DNA of 64,000 nt from Fimbriosthenelais zetlandica. Its lineage: Eukaryota. Positions 28,313 through 41,200 of this stretch are shown here, one piece after another. Below the pieces are notes generated by a model. The model was given only the letters and a program-made list of their open reading frames with translations, was not told where the DNA came from and made no database searches. Position 1 is the first letter of the stretch; each line of letters opens with the position of its first letter. The DNA lies in NCBI GenBank assembly GCA_977030845.1, contig OZ365114.1:15376001-15440000 (forward strand). The letters run 5' to 3'. The translations under genes were made by a program, and so were the position numbers.

Positions 28313-28386
28313 CTATATGATATGATCTATATTATTCTATATGATATGATCTATGATATTCTATATGATATGATCTAGGATATTCT
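28313..28386. repeat. 24-bp minisatellite, 3 copies (consensus CTATATGATATGATCTATGATATT)
   Basis: Units start at 28313, 28337 and 28361 and differ only near the unit end. Confidence 0.95.
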
Positions 28387-29958
28387 TACATGATTTTCAA
28401 TTGTTAATGCAGCACTAGTGACAACGAGACATGCAAGATTAATATAGGTGTTACATTAGACCACTTGATGATATGCCGGGCCATTCATTGCAGTTGCAAC
28501 GTCTGTTTTGTTGTATGCCGTGTGTAGGCCTAAATCAATGAAGGACCATCTGTTGATACTCAGGAAAAATGTTTATTACATGGTCATACCGTGTATATCG
28601 AGTGTCACACCTTCCCTTTCAATAAAAGTATCATAACAATGCACCCATGTGCCATACAAATGACATTGTCTTTTCTGTTCTGTGTACGTTTGAGATGAAG
28701 TACTTTAATATATTTCTATTATTTATTTCAGGTATGTGTTGGCAAAAACTTTTCATTGAGTATGTACCCTCAGACTGGTAGGTGAATATAAATTCATATA
28801 TTTTTGCAGTATACTATAAATTGAAATCAATAAAAATGTCAACACCCCAATAAATATAATCACAAGAACTGTACAATATCACTGGAAGTCAGATGGACTT
28901 TCCGTGACTTGACTATGAATATTGACAGTTTTTTTTCGGCATCTCGCTATGGGCAATGCCCAATGGTGGAGTAGTGCCAGCTGCTGGAATAACTGCTACT
29001 ATATATTGCTGGTGGAATGCTAGTGGAATCTCTTTCCCTCATGAAACAATCATATATATAGTCATTAAGGTCTTAATGGGCCTGAAAACAAAGGCCAATG
29101 AGCAAGGCAAAATGGCCTTGTCTGACAGTACATAATATGAGTGATGGATATGTATACACACTGCTATATTAATGTTAATAGGTGGGATACTGAATAATGA
29201 GACATATCTTTATAAGCTTCAGGCAACTAGTTTTGACATACTGTTTGAAACATATTACGTCGCAGTATTTTTCAGTAACGTAGTTCAGAAGAACGTTTAG
29301 ATGGCTATGTAAAATATCCACTGCAAGGGAATAAGATCCCTTTTCAATCTTTACTTCGAAATTACTATTGGGTCGACTTCAGTGAAAAACACCCAGTGCC
29401 TATCTTTAAAATAACGCTGGCCTTGAAAGGGAACTCTCATAAATACTTTGTGCCATGCAAATGGCCCAAATGACTTCGGTATTATTTTATGGCCACAAAG
29501 AGAGGCGCTGCTGTTGACAAAAAAGCCCAGCCACTTTCCAAAAAGAAATTGGACCTGGTGTTATTCCAGTGAAAGTGAAAGGGACGGTGTTCCACAAGCG
29601 TCAAAAGAGATTGGTGATGAACGCCTATTGGCGACTAATTGAACTGATTCAGATTTGACATGATCAATCACAGCCAATTAACTGGCATTTCATTGTTGAA
29701 TAATTAACTATGATCATTTAGAATACTGAATAAACGTTGATGACATTGGCCCAGGCAAAGGGAAATCCAGTGGTTGCGTGGGTCCCAGTTATGTGTTGAT
29801 AGGATGTCCAGATGATTCATTGAAAAACAAGTATTCTGGTAATGGAAGGACAATTTTTGTTAATATTAAATGACCAAGTAAAAGCTTCCTGTTTTAAACA
29901 CCTCCAAAACTGAAAAAAACAATTTCTGGGTGGCAATAAGCTGGGTGTTTGACGACAT

Positions 29959-30620
29959 TCATATCAGGACTTCGCTTGGTTGGTACCTGACCTGTCTACT
30001 TTGTCGATTTTGTGGGTGAGACTTGGTGAACCGGTGGATATGATTGTTCTCATTGTGGTGAACCACAAACGAGAATTGTGTCACAAATATTCTCAAAGTC
30101 CTTATTATAACACTTAATACAGCCATGAGGTTTGAAATATAGGAGCTTAAAACTGTAGTAGAAATGGGTGTACACTGTCCCTGACCAAAGAATCTGCCGA
30201 AACAGACCTTGAGAAACTTGAACACTGATGATGCAATCGAGTCTGCATTTATTTTTATACTTTTGCCATTGAAAATGTCTTTATGTGATTTTACTGAATG
30301 AAGCTGCCATTTTAAAATATGCTTGGGATCGAGTTCTGCATCATTGACAGTTCTTTTAAGATGTTGCCAGGACAGGCAAAGCCATCCAGGATGATCATGT
30401 TTCCCCAAATGCAGGTATAAAAATCCACCATCTGACATGATACCAGTCAAGCCGAGGCACTAGTCTGCCTTTAAGGCGGCCTTAATGATGACAAATGATC
30501 CATCCAGGCAAGACTTTTCCCAGGGTAAACTGTCCGGAATGGAGATATCTTTTGAAATGGTGAAATAAAACAAACACGAAGTTCATGTCGCTGTCAGTAA
30601 CTGTGATTATGAGATCTGGC
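29959..30620 (-). mobile_element. Decayed L2/CR1 (Crack/Daphne-like) RT, thumb region
   Basis: FKRYLHSGQFTLG (F.SYL.NR.QFV), IMSDGGFLYLHLGK (LFADDT.LF..GK), TVNDAEL (T+N.EL), IKINADSIASSVFKFLKV (I.IN...IE.V..FKFLGV). 163-codon open frame at 29959-30450. Confidence 0.55.
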
Positions 30621-31399
30621 TTCAATTTCAGTTATTTTGGGGTCTTCTGTGGCAGGAATCTGTGTTAATGTGGAAAGGGAAGGTTTGAAAGAAAGATTGT
30701 GATTGATGCTGCTAACTTTTAGTATCAAAGAGTCGAGGGGACATTCCCTGCAATGTTTTGACTTATTTGCTGCCCTATTGATATCTACATCTATATAGAC
30801 ATGTATATGATCAGCTTTTTTTGTTGCTGTGGGTTGACTGGGACTGGAGCACAGTATCTAGACATTCTGGGGTCAATAGTTGAAACAGAGAACAGGCTAA
30901 TTATGCCATTACACGTGGTTTGTCAGCAAAAAGGAAATCAATTGACTTGCTATGGAGGTTAAACATGAGATGGGTTGACATTGACAATACCATGATTGTG
31001 CCTACGGGGCCAGCATCCTTGTGATTAACAATCAGCGGTCTGTCTCGTTGACATGACCTACTAGTCATGGTTAATAAGTAACGGTCTTTGGTAAGACCCG
31101 TCCTCATTCACTGTCTTTCTTTCCCCACTGACGGCTTATGGCAGCAACCTTCCGTGTAATCCCAAGATATTGCCTCTTAACTAGCAAATGATCCTGGCCT
31201 CTCCCATCTCTATAATAATAGAGAGGGGGCCAGGGATAATTTCAAATGCTGTTGATGTACTCTTAGCTGTTCATAGAAGGAAATGATGTCCATGAGAATG
31301 TGACACGAAAGACTCTGGCATTGCAATGGGCATTGGATGTGAATGGCCTTTGAATGCATGAATAAAACATAAAGCACAACGAAGCCAATCACCTTAGAA

Positions 31400-31720
31400 A
31401 GGCTCCAAAGAGAAGCTATTCACGGAGCCACATCCTGTGAGAAGTCGCAGTTCTGCCTGTATGGAGGCACTAAGGAAGCTGGCGGATGAATGGACAGGGA
31501 GCGTGCTGGGGAACCCACACTGAGTCTACAATGGGAAAGGCAACAGCTGCATTGTCTATACACCCAATCCTCTGTATCTTCTACAGTGGAAGGCTTTTAG
31601 GAAATATCCATAGTCCAGGAGGGAATCGCTCCCCATAGGTGTAGTCACATAGTGAAGTATAGGCGGTGCTACACCCCTGGAGAGCGGAACCCTGCCTATG
31701 AGAAAAAGACATGCCTTGCC
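31400..31720 (-). mobile_element. Possible decayed CR1 RT fragment
   Basis: FLIGR...LHYVTTPMGSDSLLDYGYFLKAF (F+KGRSC..F+..VT..+D.G..+D++YLDF.KAF), then ASFLS..Q. Confidence 0.4.
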
Positions 31721-32419
31721 AGACAGCCTTAACTTAATTGAGCTTCTGTCCACTTACCCCACTCGGCTTTATGATAAAAGATGAAATACTAGCCTGTTTT
31801 GATGTGGGCGGTGCACATCAAGCACATCCTATATTCCCCCAGTGACCGCTTTTCGAGAAGCAGCCAATCGCATCTATATCTATTAAAGGGGGACAACGAG
31901 GGGCTTGAGGATGCTTCGCCCATGCTCTTTTTGTTTGCTCTTGCCGAGTCTATTGATGCCCGTATCTTATATATCGGAATATTTTACATGTACATTAGCT
32001 CACCACATCCACCCATGGCATCCTGCTTGAGTACAGACTTTCAGTAATAAATGGCATTTGAACTTTCAGGATCATTAGTGTTACTGCACTTTGGGGATTA
32101 CTAATAAATGTTCATCCCTGTATTTACCATAATGCGTGATTTTGCGAAAATATCATTAACCTACATTCATTAGCTTTAATCACATTATATGATGTGATCA
32201 TATATAGCCTAGGGTTTAATAATGGTCTTTAGGAGGTTTTGATAGAACACCAACATCATTTGGTGTAGCATTTTATAGTTTTCCCCCAACTCAGCCTTCG
32301 TGTTGTATTCCATTTGACACTTTGTGCTCCCAGTGTTGGAGGTTTTTAGTACTAAGGAGAGGGGCCTCTTCATAAATTTAAGATCACGTCCTTTGTTAGG
32401 TTTCAATTTCTTTCTCTCC

Positions 32420-32620
32420 TGGGCCCCGTTTCTTATCAAACAGACTCAGGTGTGTCATATTTAAGCTTTTGAGATGGTACAAGAAGGTGTAAAACTTTCC
32501 CATGGAACAAACTTAATTGTTTATGAGACGCCATTAGAATGGATGGGAGTATAGGAGGCTCAATGCTATTAGTGACTTGTATTACTACTATCAGTAAAGG
32601 TCAGTCTCTGTAATAAATTG
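32420..32620 (+). mobile_element. Possible decayed CR1 RT fragment
   Basis: SW..FLSNRLRCVIF..RWYKKV*NFP resembles W+.SFLSNR.QRVV+...W..V.SGVP. Confidence 0.3.
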
Positions 32621-33999
32621 TGCCACACCTACGATCTAATAAATCTCAGTGTTCCTCTTCATGTAGCTTGACCAAGGGGGTCACCTAGGGAGGTACCCCA
32701 CTATAACTCTCCCCTGACCAACCGTCCCTGGGCTCGTAGTAGCCTATCATCTTCAATCAATTTCCCACCCATGATAAAATATCAGAAACATGGTAACGGG
32801 TAAGCATTAAACCTGTTTTGCTTTCGAGCTACTTTCTTTAAACATCTACTTGAATGTTCCCTTTATCTGAAGTCATGAATGGGACTTTCTGGTTTGCAAA
32901 ATCATTTAACACTGAAGGCAGTATGAAAGCCATTGAGCTATAGTTGTTTTCCTCAATACTCATGCAAAACATCTGAGTGCTCAGTGTTTTCCTTATCTTA
33001 GCATAATATGTGAGTATTGATTGCACTCGCCATGCAATTTAAAACTAATTTCCCTCCGTCAAGGTGGTTAGTAAGTAAGTTTAATTTTAAGCACAGCAGG
33101 CCAATAATTAATGACACAGCCTCTTCTTCAACCCCTCCCAATCAATAGGCGGTGTCCTATTTTGAGAAATGGGATTCAAGTCGTTTAAATAGGAGTGTAT
33201 ACTCTGCTCAGCATCCAATGAACTTGAAGAGAAAACTCTAAACCGAAGAGTTTCACCTGTACTACTCCTTAAAATAGTTAATAATTAACAATAAATACTT
33301 ATTGTCAGACATATTTGAGGAGCGAATATATATAGTATACCTAATGGGCAGAGTCTTTGGGCCCCAAAATAAATGTCAGTAGGGAACGAAAACAAAGCTG
33401 CAATTTTGCCTCATGGAGAAAATCAACCTTCTGCTATTAGTCGAGGGGCAATGTATATCCAGGCTCTGGTACTATTAAGTGCAACTGCAAGTAAGCAATC
33501 CATGAAGGGCCGCCATAGCAGTAACATGTAATCAAGGTACTTGTTCTGTATGTGCTTCCCACCGACCGTATATAACCAACCGACATTCAACAAACACGCA
33601 GCTTGCGTATTCATCTGCCTGGAACCACTTTAATTCATTAGGGTTGAGGAGAAGGTCGTGGAGGGGAACTTGCCGACTAATGTGCTTCCTACCATCTATT
33701 CCGCAGGGACACTCTTTTTCGTCAGTAATAAGAAAACAAAGGGAAAAAAAGCCTCAAAAAATGTTCGAGTGTATAAAATTTAACTGTGGTGAATCCTTGT
33801 AGGAAAAAAGATCAATGCAAGGACAACTGGATGTTTTGTCTTCATTATGTAGCAGTATAGGGCTCTGCGTGATTAAACAGCTGTTATTATGAATATGTTA
33901 TAGCAGCGTTTATTTCAGGTGTATATGACAGGTTGGTGTTTGTACATTGATTGAGTGGGTGTGATGGGGTTGAGGCGAAGGTTCGGCAAGTCTCCCATG

Positions 34000-34230
34000 A
34001 CCTTCGCCCTATGTCAGAGAGTTCAAGGTTGAGGGCCACATGTAATCATGCCTGGAAAAGGTTTTTCTCTCTGTCCTGGCGTTTAAACCTCTCTTTCTCA
34101 TGCCCAAGTCCTCCCACTTTGTTCTCATCACATGAGTTGTGGGGCTTCCACCCTCAAGGCTGATGCTGTATGTCATCACCAAAATCGTGAGAACCTTTCC
34201 GCTTCTCATTCTTGACTGGTAATGTTTTTG
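34000..34230 (-). mobile_element. Possible CR1 ORF2 extreme C-terminus
   Basis: MTYSISLEG...MRKRGLNARTERKTFS...W..LNSL resembles YKI+.G...KL.K.R.RLN.RK.FFS.RV++.WNSLP. Confidence 0.35.
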
Positions 34231-34439
34231 ATTCTATCAACTGTTGAGCTGAACTGTGATTTCACCAGCTTACGAGCATGCACGATTTAACTAGCATTTA
34301 CAACTTCCTCCGTGCCTTTTCTTTCAGTATTCCGTACCTCTACCAGGCTCTTCCATTATCCCTTTCAATTCCTTATCCCCACTAGACATCCTTTTGGACA
34401 AAACAGCCCAATGCCTCCAACCCACAGCTCGTACACACT

Positions 34440-34720
34440 TGTGTGTCCTCCATGGCCCTTCCAAATCCCCTTAACACCCACCGCCTCAGTGGCGCCCCCA
34501 ATGGCGATACCCCATATAGTGCTCAACATTCCGTGACAGTGAACACTTAACGCCAGCCTCCACACCACTAAGTGCTGAATGCATAGGTCATGTTATACCT
34601 CCCCATGGTCCCAAACATGGCAGCAACAATCTCTATGCTAAATCGAGCCCTCCATAGCCAGTTTCCTAGCCAGCCCTCCAAGATGTATATATATATGCAT
34701 GGACCGTCTCTCCCTGTTCC
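34440..34720 (+). mobile_element. Possible decayed LINE RT N-terminal fragment
   Basis: APPMAIPHIVL / TLNASLHT / GHVIP..PK resembles APGPDGIP..VL / FNASL..G / A.VIP+.K. Confidence 0.33.
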
Positions 34721-35256
34721 GAGCCAGAATGCGCACTGACAAGCATCAAAACTGATTTCCCCATGGTCTAATTTTGAATGGTGCCTGCTAGGACCAGTCT
34801 CTATCCGACTGTTCAACAGGATATTCAGCATACTCTCCTTGGTGGATAGAAGTGCAAAAAGGTATGATTTATAGGACCAAGTTGTTGATTAATTTCTTAA
34901 TGAAATTTTATCTTGGCTCAACTAGAGTACAGTTTTGATGGTTTAACATCCAACTTGCAGATGTTCACAGGAGTATTTTAGCAGTTAATGTGGATATTAA
35001 TTGGACTCTCTTGTAATTCCTCCTTGTATTATTATCCATGCTGAATTTCCTTCTGTGAAAGACAAAATAGCAAAAAGGAATACCACCATTTTTAACGATT
35101 CTATAAAGTCAACACAGATGCATCAACTTCTGCAGGGTTTCTGACATTCATCATTTATTTTCTCCTTGCCTTGTAATTCTATCTTGTGGGATCTTCATTC
35201 TGCAGAAGAATCAGGGAGAATCCCAATATGTTCTTTTAGTTTGGCCTGAATAGCAT

Positions 35257-35481
35257 CTACGCCACTTTGTCTGTAAGCTCCCATCCATGATGGTCATCCA
35301 CGGTCTTGCTTCCACCTTCGCTCCCTGTCTCCCAAACATGCTCCCCGACATGCCCAACCCATGTCATCCACTTACAGCCAGCAATTGAATCAGAGAAGAG
35401 TAAGTTTAAGCCCTCAATAGGTTTACCTTGATCCTTTCTTTGATCGACTGATGGCATCCTAACTTTGGCATTCATCAACAT
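35257..35481 (-). mobile_element. Possible RTE-clade ORF C-terminus
   Basis: LNLLFSDSIAGCKWMTWVGHV resembles LY.L+.+PDI+..IK.RRL.W.GHV. Single motif only. Confidence 0.28.
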
Positions 35482-35617
35482 GGATCGTACCCTTATATAA
35501 GCTTGACTTAACTACCATCTTAAGAGAGTGTTTTATGACATGTCTGTGAAAACACCCCCTTGGTAATGTCCTGGTTTGTTCGCAATTGAAGTCAGCCTAA
35601 TATGCGTCCCCTCCGAA

Positions 35618-35633
35618 CCCCCCCCCCCCCCCC
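35618..35633. repeat. C16 homopolymer (G-quadruplex-capable on the minus strand)
   Basis: Read directly. Flanked by CCCC at 35635-35638. Confidence 0.95.
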
Positions 35634-36469
35634 ACCCCACACTCCTTCGTCCTCCAGAGGTGTCTGATCGAAAAATGACATCTTTGACAAGAAAATAAGG
35701 CTTTGTCAATATAGCCAACCTGAGTAGGGAGTAATATCCGAGACTCTGTGACCCCATGAAATGGATTCCACATGGTATGGTATAGAGAATATGACAATTC
35801 CCCATTTGTATGCGTCTTAGAAGCAGAAAGGGAGTTGGAGGTGGTCTAGGTCCCTGTATTGAATTCTCCACTAATGATTTTAAAACCTCATGGTGTATGG
35901 TATGAGGAAAATCCATTTTGTAGACTGCTCTCTTGTCATTTGATATGCGTGTAATGTCTTGTTACAGTCAGTCTTTGACATTGTGAGCTTGTTACTCTTT
36001 CAGTGGAGTCACTCTTGTGACGTATATTGAACAAATTATGTATGCCTCTTTCTTTCAGGATCTACTCACAAAAGATTCCCCTATCAAATTATTATATCCC
36101 AAGGCAATTTGTCGCATGTCACCTTCTTACTTATGAAAATTCCATTTACATTGACATAGATCCGCATGCTATGGGGACTGAATAGTAAGACACAAAAAAT
36201 CCATTTGAAGTTGATATAGTATCAAGAATCCTGAAACTTGAAATATGATGAACACATATATACCTGTCAATGCTCTTGAATAAATGCCTCTATAAAGTAG
36301 GTCGATTGTGGTTTGATGAGAGAGATCTTATGTAAATCAAACAGCTACTCATCCAGTCACAAAGTGTGATTGTCAGCTCCAAGAGAAGGTGGAATGGAGA
36401 AAGTATTTTGATAAGGTATCCAGGATATTGGCCGGGTATGTGACAGTGACACGGTCTATTCGCTGACAG

Positions 36470-36870
36470 GTTAATTCACTACCAAGTCAATCTCACCTCT
36501 GAATATCTGACAAGCATCCAATAATGCTGCTTGAAGCATCAACATTCTACTCGGCGAGGTCCGTGATATGAATGTTCTGAGTGACAATGCCACGAAACGT
36601 GCCTTGAGCAACACATCCAGAATGATTGATGAATGAGTGACCGATGAGGTTGATAACTTGGCCGACCCCTTCAATCTGTAGAATTACCTTGATGCGGAAT
36701 ATAATGTCTGAAGAATGCAGGCAGCTTGTTCAGCACAAGATTCAGATAACAATGGCTTTTTTAGTATGACATGATCACTTCTTGCTCTATTCAACTTGGA
36801 ATTTAACGGTTGTTGTTCTCTCACTTCCTTAACTCTTGTATAAATAAAGTTCATAGACGAGTTCATTCTA
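36470..36870 (-). mobile_element. Possible R4/Dong-like restriction-like endonuclease C-terminus
   Basis: NRARSDHVILKK (RPDIV+.DKK) and MLQAALLDACQIFR (LQKAALLGTARILR), in order. Confidence 0.3.
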
Positions 36871-39479
36871 CTGATTCATTAATTCTATTTATTTATTGGA
36901 CAAGTAACTCTGACCATTTTGGACTCTCAGGCCCGATTATTCGTTGATCAATATTTTAATAGTTCCAACCACGCTTCCCCTCAAAAACAGTAATAGGATC
37001 TACCCTCATCGCCTAAATCCTAAATCCAGCCTGAGTCTTCTTCCATCTGAAGCTCATGGTATAGACCTAAAGCAAGATTCCTACCAGGCGAATTCTCTGA
37101 AGTCACAGCCAGACAGAAAGAGAGGCTGCAGTTCCTTTTCTTAGCCCCAGGGTAAACCTGAACAGGTCCAATAGGGAGAAGGAGCTGAAGTGAACTTGCT
37201 TGATCAATCATCTGTTGAGGCAAGAGGGATGGAAGCCAGCCCATGTCAATAGTATTTATTGATACATATTCTGGCCCTGAGGCTCAAAGTTACATCAGAC
37301 CACAATCAAAAGCAATTCCCACCGAGATTCTCGGCCTGTACAAAAATTGTCATTGGATAATGGGCAAAAACTCGTCAGGCATTCAGACGGGCAACATTAA
37401 TGGATTAATCATACCTTGAGTGAAGATTTCCTTGGCATTGTACAAGAATTTCCAATTATTCCAATGACTGAAAAGCTGGCGATTGGTTGATACAGATTAT
37501 TATTGCCAACCAATAGCTGTCCTGATCCAAAAAACATAACTCTGAATATGTTTATATTGAGCAATCAGATTTTATCTTCTTTTTTCATCACGAACAAATC
37601 GTCCAGAACATCCTTGATACGAGATTTACTCATAACTTTGGGTACACCCATTCAGTTGTACGGATTCCCTTCTAATAGAAATGAATATGCAATTTGAGAA
37701 AATCATGCGGTCGCTGAATGCAAAAGGGGAAAGGAAAAGGGTGTAAGGAGGAGGCAGAGGGGTGGTTGGAAGGTGGTGATGGAGGGCAAGAGGCGAACTG
37801 GGCAGGAGGAGATGAGCTTGGATAATGACGTAGAACCTTGTCAGGGCTCTATCAGTGTGTGGACATGTAGTGTACCCGTGACGGTGGTTTCTTCATCCCA
37901 CTCTCCCCTACTGGGGGGAAAATGCCAGGCTTTCTCTTGGCCATCCTGCCTGTCAACCTTACCCCATATATTAATCCTCCAGAGGCTGTCCCTGGCTGAC
38001 CTTCACCCTTGACCTGACCTTGGAGACACCCTGGAGGAACCCCATTGTGCCAGTCTCTGGGATTAGTCGTGAGTTTGCCTTCAGGTCTTGGCTCACTGCA
38101 GGCTATGCATCATTATATCTCTGGAAAAGTGACATCATGGTGGCAATGTAAAAGTCCAATAACGGTGCCTGAGACGTAGGCCACACGGGCCACATATTTC
38201 CTTTTAAAACCATGTGATATATACGAAGATGGAGCATCTTAAGCTTAGAATCCCCCATGCTGAGTCAGCACAGTGTGCTATTCGTATATATTCACATTTA
38301 GAGGGATAGGTCAATATAGTCTTATATTTGACCCTCAAGAGTGTGATCAACAAATCACAGACATTTAAAGACAATCATTTATGGCATTAAGAATACGAGA
38401 TTAAACTGAATATGAAGTATCTTTTCCATAGAGAGTGTAAAATACATGTATAAAGAGGTCTTTTCGGAATTTGGCTTCAAATTTTATGGCAAACAATGGT
38501 TCTGGGATGTTACACTTTAATTTAATCTGTTATGAAAGGAATGTTCCTTATGGGAACCTACAATATTTATTCAAGCTGGATGGGTTTTTTTCACAGTGTA
38601 CACTACATAATCTGTATGTTTTGTGCATGTGGCGTTAGAAAGGAAAACAAGCTTTTTAGGACCAGTGCAGATATATAACCTACTGCTCTCACTAAAAACT
38701 CTGATATTGCCAGCGATTGGAACAAAGAACCAGGCAGTTATCTTAATAATTCACAATGGAAAGATGCCTGTAGAATACTCTCCCGTTATGTTCTTCCCAT
38801 GGGATGTCGCCTGGAAGGGTAAAGCCATTCCTCTAACAGCAGTCTCTTTGCCTTAAACAATCTTCTTATATGTTTACTTCGCTTGGTGAGGAAACAACAG
38901 ACCACTTATATAATGCTATCAGGCTATAATCGAGGGATGCGGTTGAATATAAACATATCCCTGAGTTGAGGAAACTGCTATATGTATGCAGTCAGTATGA
39001 TAGTATCAATAATGACGACACCTCCTCATCCCTTGGCCTGGACCTCCTCCATATTTCCCCCATGGCTGCTTCGGCCCAGGCCCAATTCTGCCCGTTTGCT
39101 ATCTGTGCTTGTCGACAAGCTCCAACGAGCAACTCAACATAGAAATAATTTGTCCAGAATAGGCATGCAGTGATAAGGAGGGAGGTGGGCCGGCTCGAGA
39201 GGGCTTTATAGAGGAGCTGCTCGTGGAAATAAGGCAGAAACAGAGGAGCTCAAGGCGCCCGTCCACTCATTGGCTAACTGATTACACTGAAAGCAGAAGA
39301 GTGCACATAAGGCTTTAGGTGAAAGGCACATTTACAGCTTACAGGCTGAAACCAATACTCGTGTAGCTAAGGGGATAGAATATGTGCAACAAAACTAAAT
39401 TCAATGTTCTGCAGCTGTTCAGTTCAAATGACATTTCAAATTGTCTGTTCTTAAATTCAAACCATGCAGGAACTTCCTG

Positions 39480-39900
39480 CAGGAGCTTATTCAATAGGTT
39501 ATGCAATTACAGATGATTTTGTAGTTGAGAAGAAGCTTTCTCGAGTATCTTGGCCAGTTTTTGAGCCAATTAGTTTGACACAGTTGTTCAGCGTGTCTTT
39601 AAACTTGTTGAATGCTTTATGTTTTTCCCACTGGCATTTCGTCATTAGCATTTGGAGGTATTGGTCTATTGCATTTACTTTATATGTCTTTCAAATCTGT
39701 CCTCCGTAGAGTGCAGTCCTTTTTGGGCGGTGGGAGACTTCCCATATCCCTAACCTTGGACATGGTTATGCTGATATGCATGATCGGCAAAAGGTTCTGC
39801 TTCCAAATGACAAGTCCTACATCGATCTTATCTTTTCAAGCATGCTGTTAGTGAGAGTTTTCTTTCTTAGTTTTGTACACTGTTATTTTTCCTTTTCAAT
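39480..39900 (-). mobile_element. Possible CR1/L2 endonuclease-RT linker fragment
   Basis: M*DLSFGS / PRLG...SH / RRTDLKDI / AFNKFKDTLNNCV resembles LDL+F / LG.SDH / +KADF..+ / AW..FK..L. Confidence 0.35.
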
Positions 39901-40779
39901 ATGGAATCACGGAGCAGCCATTTCAAGTAGTTTCTGTCACTTGAACTTGAGAAGTTTCTGCAGCCACATTGAAGGACTGACTGGCAAACAGGTATAACTG
40001 ACATCTTAGCCATGCCTATTGACTGGTTGCGTGACTGGTACTCCATTCACCATGTTGTAAACAATATTCAAACAGCTTTGTAGCCAGGTTAATTTTTCCT
40101 CTGGATCCAGTTTTCAATAGGTGTCAGTCCCAGTGAGAACCTCTACTGCTGGTGGAATACCCTCTTCTTGGCTGCCTTTACACTGAATGATGTAATGACA
40201 GGTCATGCAACCTTATCTAAAAACACGCCAGGAGTTGTTAAATACAAACTGACAACTTCCCTTCGATGAAAAATGAATCAAACACTTTGGTCTGGACGAG
40301 TCGCCCTCGTGCACCTACTTTTATCCTTTATTTGCACATCTGCATGACCAAATAATACACATCTGAACAAGTCTGGATCAAGCAGATGCACAGACTCCTC
40401 TTCCTGCAAGGTTGTTTCATCTCACTGTAGAATCCGAGACCATAAGCCTTAGGACAGTCAGAAGTAAAATTTACCTTACCTGCTGAAATAAGTTTGCATA
40501 AGTTTGAAATAACTGGTAACTGAAAATCCCGATTCCGAGGTAGATGTCTGCAATTGTATTTCATACTGTGAAAGGACTTGTTCTTATACATTGGTGCTTA
40601 ATATCCTTAAATTTGGAATACAAAATACATTGCATGGATGGTGACAACTGCATGGATTGCATATGACAGCTGTTCATTGCTAACATTATCAAAAATGGGC
40701 TCCTTAGAAATGCTCAAAAGAATCTACCACATCTTAGCTGCAGGATTTGAGACTCTGTTAGGTCAGCATGCATAATGCA

Positions 40780-41200
40780 GACATTCTCTACTGACATCCT
40801 TTCTAACTCCTGCGGACAGACCTGATTGATCTGTTGTTGGTCTTGGCGACAGACTTGGTCTTCTCTGTCCACTGAGTGACTACACAGAGGAGACATGATC
40901 AGAAATCACCATTTTAGATGCTAGCTGTTGATCTACAGTTTTTTCATCTGGGTGTCTTCCAGTGTCACACCCCGCACCACCTCAGGAGGCTCACGACACA
41001 GAGGGGCCTTGCTGTTTGCTCATTCCAGACAGGGTTGTATGGGTGCCCAGCAGGGCCAGGCCAATCGATGGCGGTCCTTTGTGGAAGGAACAGATACTGG
41101 TGGAAAAACACAACGAATAAACTAGTTCCACATGTTTCCTCACACAGTCTGAGATCTGGCATTGCGATTGGAGATGCATTGTCTTGTACTGGCGGGAGGG
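40780..41200 (-). mobile_element. Possible RTE-clade ORF C-terminal fragment
   Basis: PAGHPYNPVW...PLCVVSLLRWCGVTLED...HLKW resembles P.+LYG.E.W...L.+.EM.MLRWMCGVT..D...RLRW. Confidence 0.4.

Noticed and set aside
32640-32750. Vague resemblance to 7SL or a SINE head
   Set aside because: No A/B boxes and no alignable stretch.
34480-34505. CTCF-like CGCCATTGGGGGCGCCA on the minus strand
   Set aside because: Mismatches at core positions, and it lies inside a probable LINE fragment.
37380-37700. Penelope-like RT hints (EGNPYN*MGVP, VLDDLFV)
   Set aside because: Spacing is far too short and support is minimal.
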